From Polyangiaceae bacterium (GTDB lineage: Bacteria; Myxococcota_A; Polyangia; Polyangiales; Polyangiaceae), in NCBI GenBank assembly GCA_033763455.1, contig JANRKO010000006.1:448001-512000 (forward strand): a DNA stretch of 64,000 nucleotides, written 5' to 3'. Positions 57,673 to 64,000 of this stretch are shown here, piece by piece. The notes beneath the pieces were generated by a model. It searched no databases and had not been told where the DNA came from. It saw only the letters and a program-made list of their open reading frames with translations. How positions within the stretch are numbered: the first letter of the stretch is position 1; each line of letters begins with the position of its first letter. The position numbers and the translations under genes were made by a program.

Positions 57673-59595
57673 CTAGACGTCGAGCTCTTCAGCCTGCTCC
57701 GCTCGATCCATGATGAAGTGAAACCGAGCCTGAGGGTCTTTGCCCATGAGGTCGTTCATGACTCGGTCTGTGGCCAGTGGATCTCCCACGCCAACTCGCA
57801 GAAGCCGTCGTGTTTTGGGATTGAGCGTGGTGTCCCAGAGCACTTTCGGCATCATCTCACCGAGGCCCTTGAAACGGGTGATCTCGGCCTTCACATTTCC
57901 CTTTTGGTGCTCCTTCAATAGGCGCTCGCGGTCCGGTTCGTCGGCGGCCCAATACGTTTCTTTTCCAATGTCGAGCCGGTAAAGCGGCGGCATGGCTACG
58001 AATACGCGACCATTTTTGATGAGCTCGCTCAAGTGCCGATAGAAGAACGTGAGCAAGAGCGTGGTAATGTGGTGACCATCCGAATCGGCATCTGCGAGTA
58101 AGATCACGCGATCATAGCGTAGCTTGCTTAAATCAAAGTTGGCCCCAATGCCGCAGCCCAAGGCCGTGAGGAGATCGGCGAGCTCTTTGTTCTCAAGTAC
58201 TTTGCTGAGCGCCATCCCCTCCGTGTTCATCACCTTACCGCGCAGCGGGAGCACGGCCTGATTGGCGCGTTCTCGTCCTTGCTTGGCCGAGCCTCCTGCG
58301 GAATCACCCTCAACGATAAATAGCTCCGAATTACGGCGATCAGCGGAGGTGCAATCCGAAAGCTTGCCGGGCAACGTGAACCTACCGCTCGTCGCAGTTT
58401 TCCGGCTTACCGCAGCAGAGGCAGCACGCGAAGCCTCTCGGGCACGCGCGGAAAGGATAATACGCGCAACGATTTGATCAGCCACCGAACGGTTGGAATT
58501 CAGCCACTGCTCAAGGCCGGGGCGCACCAGCCCATCCACCCAAGATTGAACCTCGGGGTTGTTGAGGCGATCTTTGGTTTGCCCCTGAAACTGTGGCTCG
58601 CTGATAAACACACTGAGCACGCCGGTGAGGCCTTCACGAATATCTTCAGCCGTGAGTGTCACTCCGCGCGGCGTTAGATTGTGTGTTTCGATGAAATTAC
58701 GCACGGCTTTAACTAAGCCGGCGCGTAGCCCATTTTCATGGGTGCCACCCGATGCCGTTGGAATGCCATTGACGTAGCTTCGGATGTTTTCGTCCGTGGA
58801 TTCTGTCCATTGCACCACGAGCTCCAGGCGAGTGCCCTGCTCGCGTTGAAGCGCGAAGGGAGCATCATGCACCGTCTTGGCTTTGGCTTCCTCGAGGATA
58901 GCCTTCAAGAAATCGGCAATGCCCGCTTCGTGGTGGAAGGATTCGTGGGTACCGTTCTTTTCATCCGTGAACTCCACCTTGATGCCTCGGTGGATGTAGC
59001 TGACGATTTCCAGGCGCTTCTTGATGGTTTCGGGGTTGAACTCCGTTTTGGGGAAGATGGTGGGGTCGGGGCGAAAATAGACGGAGGTGCCCGTGCCCTT
59101 GGCTTTGCCGCCTTTAGTGATCGTGCCGACAGGCTTGCCCGTCTTGAATTCCTGCGTCCATTCAAAGCCTTCGCGTTTAACGCTTACCTTGAGGCGCGTG
59201 GAAAGCGCATTGACCACTGATGCTCCCACACCGTGGAGGCCACCGGCCGTCTTGTAGTTACCTTCATCAAACTTTCCACCTGCGTGCAAAGTGGTGAAGA
59301 TGATCTCCAGAGCGGGCTTTTTGTGTTTGGGGTGTTTATCGATCGGGATGCCGCGCCCATTGTCTGTAACAGTGACGGATTCTGCGTCTTTGTGCAGCGT
59401 TACCTGGATCTCGGTGGCGTGGCCATTCATGGCCTCATCCACGGCGTTGTCGAGAATTTCCCACACCAAATGGTGCAGGCCGGCACTCCCCACGCCGCCG
59501 ATGTACATGCCCGGACGTTTGCGTACCGGATCGAGCCCTTCGAGGACAGTGATGTCTTTGGCTGTGTACTGCATCGTCAGATCCTTCTGGCTCAC
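57673..59595 (-). CDS. parE: Type IIA topoisomerase B subunit (ParE-like)
   Basis: VRKRPGMYIG, EILDNAVDE, GLHGVG, VEGDSAGG, PLRGK, DADSDG, RFKGLGEM. Short form, GTGA-coupled to the A subunit. Confidence 0.85.
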   Translation of the reverse strand: MSQKDLTMQYTAKDITVLEGLDPVRKRPGMYIGGVGSAGLHHLVWEILDNAVDEAMNGHATEIQVTLHKDAESVTVTDNGRGIPIDKHPKHKKPALEIIFTTLHAGGKFDEGNYKTAGGLHGVGASVVNALSTRLKVSVKREGFEWTQEFKTGKPVGTITKGGKAKGTGTSVYFRPDPTIFPKTEFNPETIKKRLEIVSYIHRGIKVEFTDEKNGTHESFHHEAGIADFLKAILEEAKAKTVHDAPFALQREQGTRLELVVQWTESTDENIRSYVNGIPTASGGTHENGLRAGLVKAVRNFIETHNLTPRGVTLTAEDIREGLTGVLSVFISEPQFQGQTKDRLNNPEVQSWVDGLVRPGLEQWLNSNRSVADQIVARIILSARAREASRAASAAVSRKTATSGRFTLPGKLSDCTSADRRNSELFIVEGDSAGGSAKQGRERANQAVLPLRGKVMNTEGMALSKVLENKELADLLTALGCGIGANFDLSKLRYDRVILLADADSDGHHITTLLLTFFYRHLSELIKNGRVFVAMPPLYRLDIGKETYWAADEPDRERLLKEHQKGNVKAEITRFKGLGEMMPKVLWDTTLNPKTRRLLRVGVGDPLATDRVMNDLMGKDPQARFHFIMDRAEQAEELDV

Positions 59596-62048
59596 GCCTT
59601 AACGTCTTCGAAAGGGGGTGGGGCAGGGGGCACGTCGAGCACCACCTCGGTGAGCGAGCCGCGCTTCATGATTTCGCGGCCTTTTCCGCCGCGTGCGCTC
59701 GTCTCATATTTATCAGCGCTGACCTTCTGTTCGCCGCCCAATGAGCTCTTGAGCGTGAGCGTGTCCGTCTTGGACGCCGCAGCCTTGATGGCCAAGAGCG
59801 TGTCATCACCTTCGAGCTTCAAGAGCGTTACGCCCTTGCCCGGATTCGTAAGGTAGTTGATTTCTTCCACGTTACAGAGCAGCGCGCGCCGGCCCTTGGA
59901 CACTGCAATGATGGTCTCCTTGCCATGTACCAGCTCCACGCCCACCACTTCAGCACCATCGGCGGGGCGGGCAAACCTCCTACCCGCTCGGGTGCTCGGC
60001 TCGGCATGAGCCTCCAAGCCAAATGCGAGGGCGTAGCCATCACTCGTGGCCGCGACAACGTACGACTCCGGCAAATAATCCTCGCTGCCTTTGATGTCGC
60101 CAAGCAAGCGTGAATCCAGCGAAAAACAAGCCAAGATGCGCTCATTGTCCTTCAGCTTAAACAGCTTCTGGATAGGCTCGCCGTAGCCTGTGGTGGCTGG
60201 AATATCGATGATGCGGCAGGTGTACGAAGAGCCAAAGTTCGAGAAGAACACCACGGTGGCTTTTGTAGAGCCGCCCACCAGGCTCAAAATGGCGTCACCC
60301 TCGCGCAAGCGCGTGCTCGAAGGATCCTTGATTTCCTTCTGGCGTTTCACCCAACCATCACGCGTCAAAAGTACGTGGTTATCTTCCGCGATGATGAGAT
60401 CTTCCGCCGAAAATTCTGGCTCTTCCTCGACCGAAGCAATAATGGTGCGGCGCTTGGAAAATTTGGCGAACCCGGCGATCATCTCGGAGAGCTCTTTGCG
60501 AATGATCTGCCAAAGCCCGCGAGATTCGGACTCTCCCAGCAGCTTCTTGATTTCCTGAGCGCGCTTCTTGCGATCCTTGAGCTCGTTCTGGATCACAAGA
60601 ATTTCAAGCTTCGCTAGCCGGTAGAGCTTGAGTTCTAAGATGGCGTCCGTTTGTTCGGCATCGAGCTTAAAGCGCGCCATAATTTGCTTGGCTGCGTCCG
60701 CTTTGCCCTCGGATTTTCGGATCAACTTGATGATCTCGTCGAGCGCATCGAAAACCTTGGCGAAACCCTCCAAGATGTGAATGCGCGCTTCCAAAGCGGC
60801 AAGCTCGTGCTGGTGGCGCTTGGTGACCACTTGCAGGCGGAAATTCAGAAAGTGCCAGAGCAAAGATTGAAGATCTACGCGCTCGGGCCGGCCCACCTGG
60901 GGGTTCTCCGTGGGCACCAAACACGTGAGGTTCACACTGAACGTGGTCTGGAGTGGGGTTTGCTTGAAGAGATAGGAAAGCACCTTCTGCGGATCGGCAT
61001 CCTTCTTGATCTCCACCTCGATGCACACGTCATCGGTGGAGACATCTTTCACATCGACAAGCAGTGGCATTTTGCGGGCAAGAGCGAGCTCCGCAATGCG
61101 TTCCACCAGCGTCCCCTTATTGACGGTGTAAGGCACGCTCGTGATCTGGATTTTGGGGTTCCCCTTACCCGCCGGGACGATCTTGTACGTGCCGCGCACT
61201 TTGACGCTACCGGTACCCGTTTCGTAAATCGTCTTGAGCTCTTCAGCCGTCGAGATGATCTGGCCGCCTGTTGGGAAATCAGGCCCTTTGATGGTGCGGC
61301 AGAGCTCGCGCACGCTGAGCGTCTTGCCCTCACCGAGCGCATCCAGAAGCCGGATAGCGGCCGTGCACACCTCTTCGGGGTTGTGCGGCGGAATATTGGT
61401 GGCCATGCCCACAGCGATGCCGGTGGCCCCGTTGATCAGAAGATTGGGCCACTTTGCCGGCAGTACTACAGGTTCCGAGCGAGTGCCGTCGTAGTTGGGG
61501 CGAAATTCCACCGTGTCTTGCGCCAACTCGGCGAGTAGATCGGTGGAGATAGGCGTTAACCTACATTCGGTATAACGCATCGCAGCCGCTGCATCCCCAT
61601 CCATCGAGCCAAAGTTGCCCGAGCCATCCACGAGCGGTGCGCGCAAAGAAAACGACTGCGCCAAGCGCACCAGAGCGTCGTAAATCGAGGCGTCCCCGTG
61701 CGGGTGGTAATTACCCATCACATCACCCACCACCTTGGCGCATTTGCGATGCTTCGCGTCCGAGGTGAGGCGCTGTTGCCACATCGTATAAAGAATGCGG
61801 CGCTGCACGGGCTTTAAGCCGTCCCGCACATCCGGCAGCGCACGGCTCGTGATCACGCTGAGCGCGTAATTCAGGTACCGAGCTTCCGCGATTTCGTGCA
61901 ACGGGACGCTTTGCTCGCCCACCCCGGAGACACCCGCCTCGGGCCCACTCTCACGGGAGCCGCCCCGCTTGGGTGTTCGAGTGGAGCCACTTGCGCCAGC
62001 TGACTTAGTTTTTGTGGACTTTGAACCGGTTTTTCTACGAGTGGCCAA
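59592..62048 (-). CDS. parC: Type IIA topoisomerase A subunit (ParC-like, no GyrA-box)
   Basis: DGLKPVQRR, YHPHGD, AAMRYTE; first CTD blade DGWVKRQKEIKD lacks QRRGGKG; CTD is shorter. Confidence 0.85.
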   Translation of the reverse strand: MATRRKTGSKSTKTKSAGASGSTRTPKRGGSRESGPEAGVSGVGEQSVPLHEIAEARYLNYALSVITSRALPDVRDGLKPVQRRILYTMWQQRLTSDAKHRKCAKVVGDVMGNYHPHGDASIYDALVRLAQSFSLRAPLVDGSGNFGSMDGDAAAAMRYTECRLTPISTDLLAELAQDTVEFRPNYDGTRSEPVVLPAKWPNLLINGATGIAVGMATNIPPHNPEEVCTAAIRLLDALGEGKTLSVRELCRTIKGPDFPTGGQIISTAEELKTIYETGTGSVKVRGTYKIVPAGKGNPKIQITSVPYTVNKGTLVERIAELALARKMPLLVDVKDVSTDDVCIEVEIKKDADPQKVLSYLFKQTPLQTTFSVNLTCLVPTENPQVGRPERVDLQSLLWHFLNFRLQVVTKRHQHELAALEARIHILEGFAKVFDALDEIIKLIRKSEGKADAAKQIMARFKLDAEQTDAILELKLYRLAKLEILVIQNELKDRKKRAQEIKKLLGESESRGLWQIIRKELSEMIAGFAKFSKRRTIIASVEEEPEFSAEDLIIAEDNHVLLTRDGWVKRQKEIKDPSSTRLREGDAILSLVGGSTKATVVFFSNFGSSYTCRIIDIPATTGYGEPIQKLFKLKDNERILACFSLDSRLLGDIKGSEDYLPESYVVAATSDGYALAFGLEAHAEPSTRAGRRFARPADGAEVVGVELVHGKETIIAVSKGRRALLCNVEEINYLTNPGKGVTLLKLEGDDTLLAIKAAASKTDTLTLKSSLGGEQKVSADKYETSARGGKGREIMKRGSLTEVVLDVPPAPPPFEDVKA

Positions 62049-62278
62049 CGGGGACTCCCAGGCACGGCGCAGTCGGAATTGGCTCCACTGCCCGCTTGAA
62101 CAGTGTCCGCTAGCGCCTTTCGTGCCCGGGAGTCAATTGGGTTCTTGGCCCAAGGCGGGGGTGATGGGCTTTCGAGACCTAGGTTCTGGGGCGGGGAGGG
62201 GGCTTCGGGCTCGCGCAGCGGCCGAGACTGGAACCTTGCGAGACGTTTACGCGCGCAGCCGTGTGGTTGGTGATCGGT

Positions 62279-62546
62279 ATGGCATCCGTAAAGGTAACCG
62301 TTACTCTCGGGAAAACAGAGCTACCACAGATAAAGAAGTTAGCTTGGGATGGCAAGGCTCCCAGCGTCTGGGGTTTTGTGCAGCACGCGGTGCGTGTAGC
62401 GCTCGCGGATGTGGCGGGTTGGGGTGCCGCGCTGGCTGAAGCCCTTCAAAAACACCGGCGGGCCGCTCACAGATTCGGAACGCGCGTGGGCGGACTCGGT
62501 GCTGAAGCCAACGGCCAAAGGGCGTGGGCAACGGCGGGCCGCATGA
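62279..62546 (+). pseudogene. Frameshifted RHH-type antitoxin
   Basis: MASVKVTVTL...GFVQHAV...EALQ. Removing one base at the A-run 62448-62452 restores TGGPLTDSERAWADSVL...RAA*, ending in an ATGA overlap. Confidence 0.65.
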
Positions 62547-62593
62547 ATGGGGTCACGTTCGACACGGGTGGCTTAATCGCGCTCGATCGCAAC
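62543..62593 (+). pseudogene. Truncated PIN-domain toxin (first 17 codons) fused to an unrelated Cys-rich fragment
   Basis: MNGVTFDTGGLIALDRN is a PIN N-terminal strand/Asp motif; the sequence then switches to Cys-rich protein. Confidence 0.6.
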
Positions 62594-63004
62594 TCCGCCC
62601 GGCGCTGCGTTGAAGCACTTGAACGGCTTAACTGTGGTTCGACTGACGCCGAGAATGAGGTGGCGGATGACATCTGTGACGAAGTCACCGCGTTTTCGCG
62701 CATAGCGGAGGTCGGAGAATCCTGCAGCTTTGCCAAGTGCGCCCAAGGCTCGGACTACCAGGCCCACTGTGAGTACGCCGGGGCCGAGATGGCGGTGTGT
62801 GTCGGCTACCGGAGCGTAGCCCTCGGAGCCCCTTGCGATGCTGACGTTTCGCCCAAACTTGGGGAGGCCCGTGTAATGCGCGACTCAAAGAAAAGGCCGA
62901 AATCGTGTCGGGGTCGTCGTGTGTTTATCCGAAATGACGCGCTTCCGTTACGAGCCGAAGCCCAACACGTCGAGCAAGGCCGTCCTCAGCTGCTCGACCG
63001 TTCT

Positions 63005-63565
63005 TCATTGCCTAAAGACGCGGGCCAAATCAATGTGCACTTCGGGGAAACTCGGAGTTTCGAGCGTGGCAGCGCGGTCGAATCTCTGTTCGAGAGTGTA
63101 GTCGGCTGAGCCAAGGCGGTAGAGCTCGATGTGCCCGCCGATCGGATCCACGAGCCAATACTCCGGTACGGCGAAGCGCGCATACAGCCCCTTCTTGACT
63201 CTTCTATCTAGCAACCGGCTGCTCGGCGAAATGATCTCGACGACGATCTCGGGCGGCCCCTCAATGCCTCGCTCCGTTACGAGGTGCTCTCGCCCAGAGC
63301 TAAGAACAACCAGATCAGGCTGCACCACGTCGTTGCCTGAAAGGATCACGTCGAGCGGTGCATTGAACACGAGTGCAATCCCCGTTTCTTCCAACACTTT
63401 CATCAGCTCAAACTGAAGCCTTCGGGATACCGTCTGGTGACGCGGCGCTGGTGCGGGATTCACTTCATACTGTCCATCGATGAGCTCCCAGCGCCGCCCG
63501 TCACTCGGCAGCGCCGCGTAGTCCTCGTAGGTATACGGCACAATGACTGGTCGCAGACGCTGCAT
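63005..63565 (-). CDS. Uma2/DUF820 family PD-(D/E)xK endonuclease
   Basis: YTYEDY, RWELIDG, P..RHQ, VQPDL, PEIVVEIISPS, DRRVKK.LY, VPEYWLVDP; ATG 63565. Confidence 0.93.
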   Translation of the reverse strand: MQRLRPVIVPYTYEDYAALPSDGRRWELIDGQYEVNPAPAPRHQTVSRRLQFELMKVLEETGIALVFNAPLDVILSGNDVVQPDLVVLSSGREHLVTERGIEGPPEIVVEIISPSSRLLDRRVKKGLYARFAVPEYWLVDPIGGHIELYRLGSADYTLEQRFDRAATLETPSFPEVHIDLARVFRQ

Positions 63566-64000
63566 GGCACCACAATCTACCACGAGGCGGTCACGGGTGC
63601 ACCTGAATCGCTCACTCCCCGCCTGGCCGCGCACTCCTGCGCGCGTGCCAACGGGCTTGTCCTTCAAGCACCCCGCCGTCGGGCGTCATCGCAAGAACTC
63701 GGCCCACTTCTCCGAGGATGCTGATGAAGGGCGCGTGCCACGAGGGACCTTCCCATACCTGATGCCATCCCGGCGATTCACCGTCGTGCACCCAAAGCTT
63801 ACCAACTGTGGCGGCCCATTCGCGATTGAGGATGTCGATGGCACAGGCAGAGAGGTCGTGGCCACCTGGGATGATTTTTGATTGCGCGATGCCACCGTCA
63901 ACTTGAACAACAACGCCGTCACTACCGCACGCCAGGGCGAGCTTCTGCTCCGGTTGTGAACTTACCCCTGTGAGGGCTTACGGCGATTCACAGATGAGGC

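Noticed and set aside
62112..62127. Minus-strand GGGCACGAAAGGCGCT as a sigma54 promoter for parC-parE
   Set aside because: GG-N10-GC spacing fits, but the TGG and TTGC context is missing; plausible by chance at this GC content.
63686..64000. Possible gene remnant at the window end (IEDVDGTGREVVATW resembles an FG-GAP repeat, followed by an in-frame TGA)
   Set aside because: Too short and truncated by the window edge to support; no SECIS-like evidence for readthrough.

Overview
GC-rich bacterial chromosomal window, most consistent with a myxobacterium (Myxococcota, probably Polyangiales). This is an inference from gene content: an MglC-like roadblock protein, giant TPR and Ser/Thr-kinase-WD40 proteins, a fibro-slime lipoprotein, and a sigma54-activator/T2SS arrangement. 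Main blocks: (1) 1-6.6 kb accessory genes (PhyH dioxygenase, secreted lipoproteins, SRPBCC, AraC + GH4 alpha-galactosidase, DMT). (2) 6.7-12.4 kb sensor kinase, bioA, ferredoxin, isochorismatase and a sigma54 enhancer-binding response regulator. (3) 12.5-26.8 kb gspC-N type II secretion operon with a sigma54 promoter, shared upstream motifs and an extra non-cleavable pseudopilin. (4) 26.8-36.4 kb kinase-WD40 gene converging on an EAD-like/pseudokinase/TPR giant, with an IS1380 remnant and paired hairpins between them. (5) 36.5-46.7 kb ftsB, methylmalonyl-CoA mutase, epimerase, two MeaB paralogs, mglC, aroQ, accBC. (6) 46.7-62 kb orphan pstS, nth overlapping gyrA, bamA, an HDOD-GGDEF cyclase and a topo IV-like A-then-B pair. 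(7) 62-64 kb decayed RHH/PIN toxin-antitoxin locus and a Uma2 nuclease. I found no rRNA, tRNA, CRISPR array or intact mobile element. No single unmistakable novel system is visible. The best leads are the EBP/UAS/sigma54 circuit on the T2SS, the EAD-pseudokinase-TPR protein, the uncleavable pseudopilin with a mini-ORF relay, and the gyrA/nth dual-coding overlap. All family calls come from motif recognition by eye; no searches were run.
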